A DNA stretch of 64,000 nt, taken from a virus (taxonomy: Duplodnaviria; Caudoviricetes). Position 1 is the first letter of the stretch. The number at the start of each line of letters is the position of its first letter. Below the pieces are notes generated by a model, which saw only the letters and a list, made by a program, of their open reading frames with translations, was not told where the DNA came from and ran no database searches. Where the stretch lies: IMG/VR virus record IMGVR_UViG_3300050336_000035, positions 103,494 through 167,493 of that record. One strand, written 5' to 3'. Shown here in pieces: positions 26,236-37,007 of the stretch. The translations under genes were made by a program, and so were the position numbers.

Positions 26236-27004
26236 CTATAAAACACTCCTTTACGAAATTCTTATATGATTGTACTTTATCATCATTTTTATATCTAAAA
26301 GTTGGTGGTTCGTAATAATAATCAGCTTCTGCAAGGCGGACAACTCTTGGTATTACTGTGTCAAATATTCTTACTTTATCCAAAAAGTTTTTTCGAATAT
26401 CTTGCAAAATTGTTAATGATAGATTAGTACTTGCATTATACATTGTTGGTAATATACCTAGTATTTCAAGATTTGGATTATGATTTTCTTTGACCGACTC
26501 AATAGTTTCCATTAGTATTTCTAAACCTCTCAAACTTCTAAATTCAGTTTGAACAGGAATTACAATATTATCAGCCGCAACCATTCCAGATATGGCGAAT
26601 ATACCTAATTCTGGTGGTAAATCAATCAATATATGAGTGTATTTCTTTTCAAGCATAGAAATTTTGTCTTTAAGAACATAAAATGGATTGCCGTACTTTT
26701 TTTGATTAGTAATTGAATCAATTACAAAACTACTTAAAAATTTGTTTGAAGGAATTAAATCTACACCAAAATTAGTTTCATAAATGCAATCATTAATGTT
26801 ACATGTACCATTAAGAACATCTAAAATAGTAAATTCAATATCTTCTGGTTTTTGAAAGCCATAACTCATTGTTGTACTTGCTTGCGAATCAAGGTCAATT
26901 ACTAATGTATCTCTATTGTATTCTGTACTTAATAAATGACCAGTACAAACACAAGTAGTACTTTTGGAAGCTCCACCTTTCTGTAAACAAAAAATGGTAA
27001 TCAA
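26228..27004 (-). CDS. parA: ParA/Soj family ATPase
   Basis: QKGGASKST, IDLDSQ, IDLPP, ILPTM. Confidence 0.93.
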   Translation of the reverse strand: MITIFCLQKGGASKSTTCVCTGHLLSTEYNRDTLVIDLDSQASTTMSYGFQKPEDIEFTILDVLNGTCNINDCIYETNFGVDLIPSNKFLSSFVIDSITNQKKYGNPFYVLKDKISMLEKKYTHILIDLPPELGIFAISGMVAADNIVIPVQTEFRSLRGLEILMETIESVKENHNPNLEILGILPTMYNASTNLSLTILQDIRKNFLDKVRIFDTVIPRVVRLAEADYYYEPPTFRYKNDDKVQSYKNFVKECFIDA

Positions 27005-27037
27005 ATAAACACACCTCCGCTTTTATAATATAAGCGA

Positions 27038-27066
27038 ATAGTATCATAAATGGAATAGCTTGTCAA
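27038..27066 (-). promoter_or_regulatory. sigmaA promoter for parA
   Basis: TTGACA-17 bp-TACTAT. Confidence 0.7.
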
Positions 27067-27199
27067 TAGCAAAACAGTCTATTTTATAAATATTATAATT
27101 AATATTAATTTTAATAAATATTATAAGATTAAATGTATAAGTAAAAAAATAGGGAATACTATATCTTAATAAAGATACAATATTCCCTATAAATACATA

Positions 27200-27898
27200 C
27201 TACTTTCTACCAACTAATTTATCTACTATTGCCATTAAGAATGTATCAAAATATTTTGTTTTGCTCATAAGAGTTAACCACATACTAGGACTATTTGTAC
27301 ATGCATTAATAACTTCATTCGCTGATTTATAATCTTGTCCAAGTATCTCTTGACATACTTTTAATACTTCTTTTGCTTTATTTTTTGTCATTATTCCAAT
27401 AACACCATCTGAATTTAAACCTGTCATTGTTTGAAATTCTTTAACTGTCACATTATCATCTCCATTCAAAACATTATCTCTTATTTGTTCTTTTAAAGAT
27501 TGCGAAATACCTTGATGTGCAAGTAATTGTACATGCCAAGGTTCATATGAAATTGGTTTAATAAGTCCAAAATTCTTTAACTCAGTATTAGTAAGAGAAT
27601 TAAACCAATTATCAGTAATATCCATAGCAATGCAATAGCAATGATTACTTTTGCCATATGCAGCCGCCCAACACTTACCATCGGGTGTATATACCGCACC
27701 ATCTTTAGTTTGATATCCACCTTGGCTTTTTCTTTGAGCTAATGATTGAGCGTTTATAATTTTTTGTTTTTCAAGACTTCTATAACCAGATGTACATAAG
27801 CAATCTTTTCCTTTAGCCTTACATAGAGTATTCACTGCATCAATTAAAGGCTGATATACTTTAGATTCATCTGAATATTTAAATTTAACACTAGCCAT
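27200..27898 (-). CDS. Endolysin, peptidase M15 family
   Basis: SGYRS, SNH...AMDI, EPWH; partial peptidoglycan-binding repeat (FQ...GL..DG.IG..T). Confidence 0.85.
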   Translation of the reverse strand: MASVKFKYSDESKVYQPLIDAVNTLCKAKGKDCLCTSGYRSLEKQKIINAQSLAQRKSQGGYQTKDGAVYTPDGKCWAAAYGKSNHCYCIAMDITDNWFNSLTNTELKNFGLIKPISYEPWHVQLLAHQGISQSLKEQIRDNVLNGDDNVTVKEFQTMTGLNSDGVIGIMTKNKAKEVLKVCQEILGQDYKSANEVINACTNSPSMWLTLMSKTKYFDTFLMAIVDKLVGRK

Positions 27899-28083
27899 AA
27901 ATATATTTCACTTCACTTTCCAAAAAATTTGTAATATAATGTAGTCATCCAAAATAATCATAATAAAAAGAAGAGAAGATAAGTCATTATTAAACCTAAA
28001 ATCTCTTCTTTTTATTGAAATTAGTATACTATATATTGTATAAAATAGTAAATTAAATACAACATATTGATTCAAAAACCGAA

Positions 28084-28099
28084 TAAAATAGTTGTTTCA
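28084..28099. repeat. Isolated boundary site
   Basis: caaaaaccgaa-TAAAA-tagttg-TTTCA, downstream of two small - strand ORFs. Confidence 0.6.
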
Positions 28100-28130
28100 T
28101 CTTATGTGATTGTGTAATAATATTAACTAA

Positions 28131-28310
28131 CTATGAATTAGCTGTAAGCAATCTATCAATCCAATTACACGTATCTTCTGACAAGTTTAATTTTATTGCT
28201 AAGTTTTTCATTGTATTTGTAGGAGTTGGACTCTGTTCTTCTAAACCCATTTCAACTAATTCTTTTAATAAATTTAATTCATCATCTTCTAGTAAAATAG
28301 AACTAGACAT
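28131..28310 (-). CDS. Small hypothetical protein, 59 aa (not in ORF track)
   Basis: MSSSILLEDDELNLLKELVEMGLE...; RBS GAGGT. Confidence 0.6.
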   Translation of the reverse strand: MSSSILLEDDELNLLKELVEMGLEEQSPTPTNTMKNLAIKLNLSEDTCNWIDRLLTANS

Positions 28311-28348
28311 AACTTATTACCTCACCTTCCTATGTTTATAATAATAAC

Positions 28349-28522
28349 CTACTTAGAATTCAATGCTTTGTTAAATCTTTCAATATATAATTCTTTTCTT
28401 TGTATAAGTTCTTCATACTCATCTACTTCAACATTAATACTCCTATCATTAATTACTATACTTTCTGCATCTTCCCATTCAGATAAAAGTTCGTTAAAAA
28501 TATCTTGTAACTTTTCTTTCAA
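28349..28522 (-). CDS. Small hypothetical protein, 57 aa (not in ORF track)
   Basis: TTG start behind AGGAG; MKEKLQDIFNELLSEWED... Confidence 0.6.
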   Translation of the reverse strand: MKEKLQDIFNELLSEWEDAESIVINDRSINVEVDEYEELIQRKELYIERFNKALNSK

Positions 28523-28762
28523 ATAAATTCACTCCTATCTTTTAAAATGTTATAATGTATCCTAAAAAGGGGGATATATAAATGGAATGTTTAGATGATT
28601 CAAAGGCTTGCCTTTCAGTTTCTAATTTTATGCTAAATGATATTGAAAAAATGTATAGAGAATCACTACTTATGGACAAGCCTTCGTCTGCATTAAAAGT
28701 TACAATTTAGAAATCCTTCTTTCCAAATTACTTAATCACATATTTTACATTGACTAAAATCA

Positions 28763-29437
28763 TCACAATTTCCAGTTTATGTTACTTTTCATTATTCGTG
28801 CAGGATATCCTGCAATTAAAGAATTCTTTTCATTAAATTTTTTTGTTACACAACCTTTGTATCCCACCACGCAATCGTCAGGAATATTAACACCCTTTAA
28901 TATGTCAACATTTGAACATAACCAAACATGATTTCCTATTACAACAGGTGCATTCTCATTCATTTTATCTTCATTGCCAATGGTAAATACAGTGTGTCCA
29001 TCTGAATCACGAACATTTACATTGCCGCCAATTAAGCAATCGTAACCAAATTTAATTCCTTCACTGCAAGAAAATGAACAGTGCTTATTACAACTGAAAT
29101 TATTACCAAATTCCATATTCCCCTTATCTACTCGTATAGAAAATCCAGATGAAAAAGATGCACGCCCATTAAAAATAATTTTGGCTTGTTTTTTTATATA
29201 TAAATAGCTATTGTTTTTATATGAGTGATTAAATCCTTTAGAACCATCGGAAAGCCCCATTTTAATCATAAATCTACCTATATTAGTGTTAATTAATATG
29301 GCATTTTTATAAACACTCGCTAATTTTACGTTATGAGCTACAAATATAGGCATTATAATAGCTGTTTTAAAAGGAAAAACTTTAAAATTCAAATAAATGG
29401 TTTTTGGTATTGAAACAATCGCACTAAATATGTTCAT
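28763..29437 (-). CDS. Hexapeptide-repeat (left-handed beta-helix) O-acyltransferase
   Basis: RDSDGH, VIGNHVW, ILKGV.IPDDCVVG, AGYPARI. Confidence 0.9.
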   Translation of the reverse strand: MNIFSAIVSIPKTIYLNFKVFPFKTAIIMPIFVAHNVKLASVYKNAILINTNIGRFMIKMGLSDGSKGFNHSYKNNSYLYIKKQAKIIFNGRASFSSGFSIRVDKGNMEFGNNFSCNKHCSFSCSEGIKFGYDCLIGGNVNVRDSDGHTVFTIGNEDKMNENAPVVIGNHVWLCSNVDILKGVNIPDDCVVGYKGCVTKKFNEKNSLIAGYPARIMKSNINWKL

Positions 29438-29630
29438 TACTTTCTCTCCTGTTTTTTCTTTTAATTATACCATAAAAAATGGATATAATGTATATTTTGT
29501 AAAAATTATGCGATAATATACCAAATTATCATTTTTTTTCATCTCTAATTTCCAAATTGTCATGTTCTATGTGAGAGTCAATTTCATATTCCCTGTAATT
29601 GTAATTCCGCTAACCTTCTTTTAATCAATC

Positions 29631-31025
29631 TTATAACCCATTCTGAGGCAACCAACTTATACTAGGATTAGAGCCCGTATATGTTACAGTAATTATATCT
29701 GTTGGTGCCAATAAATACTGCATAGGTGTTATATTCGCCACTTGAAATGACAAACCATTACGTGTAATAGTAACACTAGTTAATGTCCCACTTTGTATTA
29801 CAACTTCGCCATACATACCATACTCATTTGTAAATATAAAAGGCGAACTTGTAACAGGAAGTGTGTTTCTTCCTCTTAATCCATAATTATATGAATTATT
29901 TCTCTGGTCAAAAACACTATTCATCTGAGTACCTGTTCCATTATCTGTTATAGTTCCTGTTGCTCCATAATAATTGTATGTTATATTATTCAACTGATTT
30001 TTGGTTGCTCCAGTAATAATTTCCACCGAGTTAAACCAACCTCCATCTAAACGAATACGTCTACCTTTAAGTATCATTTTATAAACACATGAGCATCCAA
30101 TATAAGTAGTATTAATTCCACTATCTTCAATGTCAAATGATGCAATAACACTTTCAAAGCATGTTGTTATAAATACATTACCTTTACAAGAACCACTGAC
30201 AATCATTCCTGCCACTGTGTTTGATTCTGCTGAACCGCTGATAAATACATTAGTTTCCGCCGAAACGAGGTTATAGCCAATTGCTGTATCTTCCATGTAA
30301 ATACTCTCAAACACATTGTTACAACAACTACCAATACTTACCCCGTTTCTAACACCATTAGTTAAATATAAGCCGTAATACGGAATAGAACTCATAGGCG
30401 TTACATGTGCAGAACACATTACAGACTTAAAATTGCATAATTGCACACCTTTCATCAAAAACGCAATACCATCCTCAGATTTTCCGTTTCTAAAAAATAC
30501 ATTTTCCCATGTGCAACGTGCTAAACCTTGCATATTATAACCATACTTAGTCTTTGCATTTCCTTCTACTGTTATATTTTTTATATTGAATCTTTGACAA
30601 TATGGTGTGCTTGACAAATCGGGGTCAAAGGCATTAATTAATATTGCTGTATGGTCTGCCACATCAGAAATACATTTTAAAATAGTCGAACTATCATTCT
30701 CACCCTCTATTGTAAGACTACTACATGCAATGTTACCTAAATCAGTAAACAAATATGTACCTTTTGGGAAAAATATTTTACATGGTTTATGAGTAAATGC
30801 ATACATAAATATTGCTTTAAGAGCTGTTGTATCATCTGTTATACCATCACCTTTTACTGGAGTATACCCAATTGGTGGATATTTTACATTTATAAACATT
30901 GAGTTGAATTCATCACTTTTTTCTTTAATTAAAGCATCTACATCATCCCAATTTTCATTTAATGGAATATCCCAATTTCTTGTACCATATGTCGGTTTAT
31001 TAAAATTATAATTTGTAGTACCCAT
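29631..31025 (-). CDS. Tailspike / receptor-binding protein with pectate-lyase-like beta-helix
   Basis: INVK...KGDGITDDTTAL...IFFPKGTY; N-terminal virion-anchor-like segment. Confidence 0.85.
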   Translation of the reverse strand: MGTTNYNFNKPTYGTRNWDIPLNENWDDVDALIKEKSDEFNSMFINVKYPPIGYTPVKGDGITDDTTALKAIFMYAFTHKPCKIFFPKGTYLFTDLGNIACSSLTIEGENDSSTILKCISDVADHTAILINAFDPDLSSTPYCQRFNIKNITVEGNAKTKYGYNMQGLARCTWENVFFRNGKSEDGIAFLMKGVQLCNFKSVMCSAHVTPMSSIPYYGLYLTNGVRNGVSIGSCCNNVFESIYMEDTAIGYNLVSAETNVFISGSAESNTVAGMIVSGSCKGNVFITTCFESVIASFDIEDSGINTTYIGCSCVYKMILKGRRIRLDGGWFNSVEIITGATKNQLNNITYNYYGATGTITDNGTGTQMNSVFDQRNNSYNYGLRGRNTLPVTSSPFIFTNEYGMYGEVVIQSGTLTSVTITRNGLSFQVANITPMQYLLAPTDIITVTYTGSNPSISWLPQNGL

Positions 31026-31057
31026 ATAGACCTCCTTATATTATATTAATATTAAAT

Positions 31058-32242
31058 CTATTTTAAATATACATATATTAAAGTATCCTCATCACTAAAA
31101 GATACTGTATATGATTCTCCTGCTATGATAGTTGTTATTGTTGGAGTTCCTTGAAAAGAATCTGCAAGATGCAGACGGATTGAATTTAGACTTAAATATT
31201 CAATAATACTATCCAATTGAAAATTATTACCCATAGCAAAATTACCATATCCACCATGACCAAATGTTTGTTCAACCACAACTAATGCCTGAATATTATA
31301 TGTATTTAAATTATGCATAATTTCAATAGCAGAATCAAAATAGAAAAAGTTTTCTCCTTTTTGTGCAAATACTGCCCATTTACCTGAACTATATGGCGTT
31401 TCACCTATACTCGCAACTTTACAAACATATGTACTACCAGCATATGTCACTACATCTCTTGGATAATATTGTGATGTATTATTATAATCTTCTCTAAAGT
31501 TAAGTCCTGCGGAAAATATCTGCCAATAACTTGTATTCGTTGGATGGTTTCCTGTGCTTGTAGCTATACACAAATAAGTAGAGTTATTTAATACTACTAT
31601 ATCTCTTGAATAATAAGTTGAACTAGAATTATATGTACCCCTATATTGAAATCCTGTTGCTATAAGTCTCCAATATGTAGTATTGTAAGGGTTTATATCA
31701 GTAATTCCTATACCATTATTATCATTATAACAAATATAAGTTGAACCTAAGTAATAAACAATATTGTTTTGATAATAAGTTGTAAAACTACTAAACTCAT
31801 CCTTAAATACATATTTAGCTATTTCATTTATATAGTCTTGCAAAGTTTTTCCTAAAAACTCTCCATTTGCTATACAACCGTTTACAACATCATATACCCT
31901 AGAAGCAGGAAAAAATATTGCACCTCTATTTGACCATGAAGAAACTAATGCTGTTTTCCCATCATATGAAGAATCTACTGTTATAATTCCTAAGTTGTAA
32001 TCAACAGTAAAATTATTGGTATTAATTCTTGTGCCTTTTCTAGCTTCATAAATAGTACTTCCATTAACAGTTATATTATTTATTTTTACATATTCAGATG
32101 GAATTCCTTCAAGCATTATTTTATCCTTAACAACCTTATAATAATCATTAGTAATTTCTATACTAATTTTATTACCTTCACCATCTGTATACCAAACTGG
32201 TAAAATGGGGTCATTGTATTGAGTAATAGACATATTAACCAC
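31058..32242 (-). CDS. Tail/baseplate protein with three aromatic repeats
   Basis: Repeats YY..DIV.Y.GSTY.C...P....YW. Confidence 0.7.
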   Translation of the reverse strand: MVNMSITQYNDPILPVWYTDGEGNKISIEITNDYYKVVKDKIMLEGIPSEYVKINNITVNGSTIYEARKGTRINTNNFTVDYNLGIITVDSSYDGKTALVSSWSNRGAIFFPASRVYDVVNGCIANGEFLGKTLQDYINEIAKYVFKDEFSSFTTYYQNNIVYYLGSTYICYNDNNGIGITDINPYNTTYWRLIATGFQYRGTYNSSSTYYSRDIVVLNNSTYLCIATSTGNHPTNTSYWQIFSAGLNFREDYNNTSQYYPRDVVTYAGSTYVCKVASIGETPYSSGKWAVFAQKGENFFYFDSAIEIMHNLNTYNIQALVVVEQTFGHGGYGNFAMGNNFQLDSIIEYLSLNSIRLHLADSFQGTPTITTIIAGESYTVSFSDEDTLIYVYLK

Positions 32243-32258
32243 ATCCTTTCAATATTTT

Positions 32259-32645
32259 TTATATTGTAATAATTTTATCTAAAGCTAGTAAATCTTCTGG
32301 ACTTATTGCAATATTACCTAGTTCATTTATTGGTATAGACGTAAAATTAATGCTAAACGTAACCTGTAATAATTCAATCATCTCTTTAGCACAGATTTGT
32401 TCACAATCCTTTTTTATTGGATAAGAATTTGTTTCTTTATTAAAAATTATATTATTATTGCCATCGCGTTCAGCATACTCTTCAATAATTCTTTTCTTTT
32501 GTTCTAATAGAATTTTATATTCTGATTCAAGAGATTTAATTAACCTAACTAGATTAACCGCAATTGTTATAGGGAATTTTTCTTTTGTTATTTTTTGCAA
32601 ACTAATTATTATCTGTTCGATTTCTGAGTATGATATTTGCAACAT
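32259..32645 (-). CDS. Conserved phage protein (DUF1617-like)
   Basis: IIEEYAERD..., ISPEDL..L; located in the tail module. Confidence 0.6.
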   Translation of the reverse strand: MLQISYSEIEQIIISLQKITKEKFPITIAVNLVRLIKSLESEYKILLEQKKRIIEEYAERDGNNNIIFNKETNSYPIKKDCEQICAKEMIELLQVTFSINFTSIPINELGNIAISPEDLLALDKIITI

Positions 32646-32985
32646 AAAAATTTACCTCCGTTTTTCTTCGTTATACTAGCTATAGGTTCAATTTTGATGA
32701 CTATAAATATGACAAAATTCTCCTTCTATATTGTTTTTGGACATAATAAAAAGACTCCCTTAAATAAAATAGGAAGTCTTAGATTTAAATTTACTATTTA
32801 ATTTACTACATGAAAAAAGACCCTCGGTTAGAAGGTCTTTAAAAATATATAAATTGTATTATAATCACAAAAACAGAGTTAACGGAGACCCTCCATTTAT
32901 CTGTTTTCCTTGCGGCATTACTCAGTACCCTAAATAAACTCCGCATATATAGTATACCACAATATTTGTAATTTAGTCAAAAGAC

Positions 32986-33621
32986 TTAATCAATTTTTCT
33001 TATAATTTTATCTTTATTTACCCATATTGTTTTATTAATTTTTTCATTTGCTTCTTTTTTTATGTCTTCTTTTTCTGGAGTTTCACCAATAATACTCGTA
33101 ACTTTATATGATAAATAAGGTAATTGTACACTTAATAGTTCCATCTTTCTTTCTAAATTTTCTTCAGAATCTTTTCCCAAATCAATTTGTTCTATATCTT
33201 CAAAATCTCCATAATATTTATATCCTTTATACATTGCTATATCCTTACCCATAGCACCATATCCATTTTTTGCTCCATAATTTATATAAGTGTAAAAATC
33301 ATTATGACCATCTTTATCTGTATACCAAATAACTAATACATCTTGGTTTAATTTTAAAGAATCAGAATCTTTCAACATTTGTTTCAAATCTTTAACATTA
33401 TCAATTGCAATTTTCTCTTCAAGTGATAATTGATTTGAAAAATAATAATAAGTTCCTCCAACAATAATAGAAACAGTAATAATTGATAATAAAATGAATT
33501 TTAATTTCTTAGTCATTTTTAAGCTCAATCTTTTTTGTTCTACATTATAACCACAATGAGGACATTCTTTAGCCTTATCTGATATTTCTTTTTCACACTC
33601 AGGACAGTTAATTAAAGCCAT
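32986..33621 (-). CDS. Zinc-ribbon membrane protein (moron)
   Basis: MALINCPECEKEISDKAKECPHCG followed by a TM segment. Confidence 0.85.
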   Translation of the reverse strand: MALINCPECEKEISDKAKECPHCGYNVEQKRLSLKMTKKLKFILLSIITVSIIVGGTYYYFSNQLSLEEKIAIDNVKDLKQMLKDSDSLKLNQDVLVIWYTDKDGHNDFYTYINYGAKNGYGAMGKDIAMYKGYKYYGDFEDIEQIDLGKDSEENLERKMELLSVQLPYLSYKVTSIIGETPEKEDIKKEANEKINKTIWVNKDKIIRKID

Positions 33622-33713
33622 ATAAGACCTCCTAAATTTTTATAGACATATTGTACCATAATTAACATTAATATGATATAATATTCTAAAATTTACTTAT
33701 AGGAGGGCTTATT

Positions 33714-33965
33714 ATGGATTTTGGAAATTTTGATGTTTTACAATATGCCAATCACTTCAAATTAGAATTTGAAAAAGCATATAGAAAGAAAATAGAAGAA
33801 TATATTCAAACCAACCCAAATAAAAACACAATTGAAATGCTTGAATATATTTCTTATCAATTCTCTAGTATGGCACTTGATTGTTCAATTAATCTTTTAC
33901 AAGAATATCATTTGCATTTAACAGAATATTTAAACAAAAAGGCGTATAATTATCATCAGAAATAA
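33714..33965 (+). CDS. Hypothetical protein
   Basis: RBS AGGAGG. Confidence 0.7.
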   Translation: MDFGNFDVLQYANHFKLEFEKAYRKKIEEYIQTNPNKNTIEMLEYISYQFSSMALDCSINLLQEYHLHLTEYLNKKAYNYHQK

Positions 33966-34122
33966 TTAATTTTTTGCTTAATATTTTTAACTGTTCTTTT
34001 TGAGCAGTTTTTTCTTTCTCATCATTCATGTTTATCACCTCACTTTAACGGATAAATTATTTTTATATCATTTATAATCCAATAGAAAAAGACCACCTAT
34101 AATTAATGGTCTTTTCATCATA

Positions 34123-34470
34123 TTAATAGTTTGATACTTTTTTAGTAGTGGATTTTTCTGTTCTGTTTTTTGTAAGCTTAACAGTACTTTCAATAACTGG
34201 AGATAAATCATTATTATCTTCTATTCTTAACATGCGAATGTCTCGAACAGATGGAGCAAACCATTCATACATTTGAGTTAATTCCATAACTGCTGTAGTA
34301 CATGTTACAGCATTTACTGTTTCATCGCCAAAATATACACTACCTTGTTGTCTTTTAAATCCATATTCTAACAAAACATTCTCAATATCTTTGTAAGCAT
34401 TGGGAATAGATGTGTTACGATATGTTTGTTCTAATCTAGAATTGTCTAAATCAAAAGCTATCGCATACAT
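34123..34470 (-). CDS. vapD: VapD family (Cas2-like) nuclease
   Basis: MYAIAFDLD, FKRQQGSVY, VRDIRMLRIEDNNDL; ATG 34470 behind GGAGG. Confidence 0.88.
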   Translation of the reverse strand: MYAIAFDLDNSRLEQTYRNTSIPNAYKDIENVLLEYGFKRQQGSVYFGDETVNAVTCTTAVMELTQMYEWFAPSVRDIRMLRIEDNNDLSPVIESTVKLTKNRTEKSTTKKVSNY

Positions 34471-34745
34471 TGTATAACCTCCATGACTTTTTTTATCCAT
34501 TTTACCACTCCTTTCCATTATTATCAATAATTTATTAATATTCTTTTCCTAATCTCGAATTATTCATACTTTATTTCCTTATTATTATACTAACACATAA
34601 ATGCCAAATTGTCAAACATTGCGTAAAAATTATTTTTATATCCTATTGACAATATATTTAAAGCCAATATATAGAAATAAGAACCCATCCAATAATCTTG
34701 ACAGGTTCTTTGTTTTTATATATACTTTATTTATTCGAAAATTCT

Positions 34746-35543
34746 TTAGTTGGCTTGCTTAAGCAAGTCTTTTTCTTTATCTAAAACTTTTTTAATGATT
34801 TTTAAGGCTGATGGTCTACATAGAGTAGTTGGAATTTCTTTTACACCCTCATCTGTTTTCCTAGGTCTTATTACGACCTTAAAGTGTTTCGCATATCTAG
34901 AAGATGGTTTATTCCAATTTACTTCACTGTCAAGAAGAACTTTTTTCTGCCTTAATTTTTCCATAAGAGTATTTCTTCCACATTCTCCAAAAGCATTTGC
35001 TACTTCAATAAAATTCATAAGTCCATCAGATGACATTACTTGATTATATAATTCAACTTTTGGCTTCTGAATTTCTAACTGTTTTTCAACTTCAAGACGT
35101 TTTTGTCTTTCTTCTTTATACTTATGTATAACATCTTCAAGTAAATTGGGGTCATTTAACAAATCGTCTTTCATATACATTCCATATTTACGAATATCTT
35201 TTAAAATTTGTTTAACTTGTTTTTTAAATTGCTTTGCAATAGGTTTACGACTCTGCATCAATACTTCATACATGCCATCTTCAGTTAAAAACCAAGCCTC
35301 AACATTTTGATTACCAACCCCATCGGAAGATTGTTCTGATAGGGTATTTACTAAAAGAATTTCTTTAAATTTTTCATCCTCATCAACTGTTTTTAACATT
35401 TTACCAACACTTGACAAATCATATTCAATCCACTCTGCCACATCTTTAGCAAGAAATAGAGGAATTTCTGGTGTTCCAAAAACCCGAAAGTGTTTACCTA
35501 AAATTTCCTGCTCCTTAAATACTTTTAAATCATTATTCTCCAT
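34746..35543 (-). CDS. BRO-N / KilA-C phage antirepressor
   Basis: PLFLAKDVAEWIEY, FLTEDGMYEVLMQSRKPIAKQFK, QKPKV. Confidence 0.9.
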   Translation of the reverse strand: MENNDLKVFKEQEILGKHFRVFGTPEIPLFLAKDVAEWIEYDLSSVGKMLKTVDEDEKFKEILLVNTLSEQSSDGVGNQNVEAWFLTEDGMYEVLMQSRKPIAKQFKKQVKQILKDIRKYGMYMKDDLLNDPNLLEDVIHKYKEERQKRLEVEKQLEIQKPKVELYNQVMSSDGLMNFIEVANAFGECGRNTLMEKLRQKKVLLDSEVNWNKPSSRYAKHFKVVIRPRKTDEGVKEIPTTLCRPSALKIIKKVLDKEKDLLKQAN

Positions 35544-35652
35544 TTGTTTTCGTCCTCTCTAATAATAAAATAATTTATTTGGAAGTATAACTTCACAATA
35601 TAATATTAACAAACATTTACAATCGTGTCAATATAAATATAATTTATTATTC

Positions 35653-36144
35653 CTAAAGGATTACATTTTCAAACATTTGCTCAAAGCAATTATTACAAAC
35701 TTTTACTTGTACAATATCACCATCTCTTAATGAACCGTATCCTGCTTGCTGATTTACATACCAAATATGTTCGTGTTCATTAAGTTCTTTATTACATTTG
35801 TCGCAGTAGGGAAGTATAGGTTTAGATTCTAATGTTGTTACAGATAAGATAAAATCTTTAGTATAGATATGTACAACATCATTATAAACATCATTATCAA
35901 GATTAAATACTCCAATAATCAATTCCTTACTAATCCTAGTATTCAAACTTTCATCTCTACTATCAAATAAGCATAAAACAAATTCTCCATTGTCAAAATC
36001 AAATTCTTCATAAGCATATGTAGTCATTACCTTATTGTCATGAGTATGAGCGTTAATAGATACTTCACACCGCATTCCAACGAATTCCCTCATCCTGTTA
36101 AGTCCACATTCCTTACCATGATTTACTTTTGTCTCTGTACACAT
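35653..36144 (-). CDS. Hypothetical Zn-finger protein; paralog of 3111..3554
   Basis: Extensive shared motifs with 3111..3554; probable start MCTETK behind GGAGG. Confidence 0.85.
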   Translation of the reverse strand: MCTETKVNHGKECGLNRMREFVGMRCEVSINAHTHDNKVMTTYAYEEFDFDNGEFVLCLFDSRDESLNTRISKELIIGVFNLDNDVYNDVVHIYTKDFILSVTTLESKPILPYCDKCNKELNEHEHIWYVNQQAGYGSLRDGDIVQVKVCNNCFEQMFENVIL

Positions 36145-36202
36145 AAATTTAACCTCCACATAATATAAATTTTTGTATAGGTAAGAATTACCTTACATTT
36201 AC

Positions 36203-36231
36203 ATTATATGCAGGTTTGTCAAATATGTCAA
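36203..36231 (-). promoter_or_regulatory. Consensus sigmaA promoter
   Basis: TTGACA-17 bp-TATAAT. Confidence 0.8.
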
Positions 36232-36264
36232 TACTATATTTACAAAATTAAATATTTATATATA

Positions 36265-36537
36265 CTATTCACATTCAGAATCAAAATCATCAAATATACT
36301 TAATTGTTCTAATATTTCAACATTATATAAGTCAGTTACTTGACATTCAAGGACATGTGCTAATTTCAATAACATAATAATTGTTGGATTTTCAGAATTT
36401 TCAAGTTGATTTAAACTTTGTCTACTAATTCCCATTTTATTAGCAATAAAAGTTCTTGATGAACCATATTTTTTTTGAAATTCTTTAATTTTTTCAGTAA
36501 TTTTATTATCAAAATTAACTAGTAATCTATCACTCAT
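36265..36537 (-). CDS. XRE-family HTH regulator
   Basis: IANKMGISRQSLNQLEN...P....LKLAHVL. Confidence 0.9.
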   Translation of the reverse strand: MSDRLLVNFDNKITEKIKEFQKKYGSSRTFIANKMGISRQSLNQLENSENPTIIMLLKLAHVLECQVTDLYNVEILEQLSIFDDFDSECE

Positions 36538-36601
36538 TTATAAACCCTCCTATACTAATTATAACTTATGTAATAGGGAGTAGGAAATAGATACTTCATA
36601 A

Positions 36602-36793
36602 TTAGGTAATGTTAAAAATAAATAAAATAACAAATATTATTATAACGAATAAAGTCAAACAACCAACATTATTTTGAATATGTATTTGCTTTCGTTTTTT
36701 GTTTTTATAATGTGAGTTTACCATTGCAGATGCTAATCTTGCACTGAAATTATAAGCTCCACCACGTCTTGGATGCATTCTCATATAAACCAC
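36602..36793 (-). CDS. Small membrane protein
   Basis: Basic N-terminus, hydrophobic C-terminus; RBS AAGGAG. Confidence 0.55.
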   Translation of the reverse strand: MVYMRMHPRRGGAYNFSARLASAMVNSHYKNKKRKQIHIQNNVGCLTLFVIIIFVILFIFNIT

Positions 36794-36915
36794 TCCTTAT
36801 ACGTTTTATTACTATTATACCTAATAATAAAAATATAGGAAAGTAGTGTCATAAAATTCACAGGATAAGCATATCATGATAAGTTATATATGTCAAATAT
36901 TATTTTAATATTCTA

Positions 36916-36944
36916 TTGACAAATTATATACATAGGAATATAAT
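36916..36944 (+). promoter_or_regulatory. Consensus sigmaA promoter for a moron gene
   Basis: TTGACA-17 bp-TATAAT. Confidence 0.8.
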
Positions 36945-37007
36945 GACAATAGAAGGGAACAATGGTATTATAATTATATACTATTTTTATATATTATTAG
37001 AAAGGAT

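Noticed and set aside
29631-32242. Diversity-generating retroelement or invertible tail-fibre system
   Set aside because: No reverse transcriptase, no TR/VR pair and no inverted duplicate fibre segments seen
34123-34527. cas2 gene
   Set aside because: Motifs match VapD, and there is no CRISPR context
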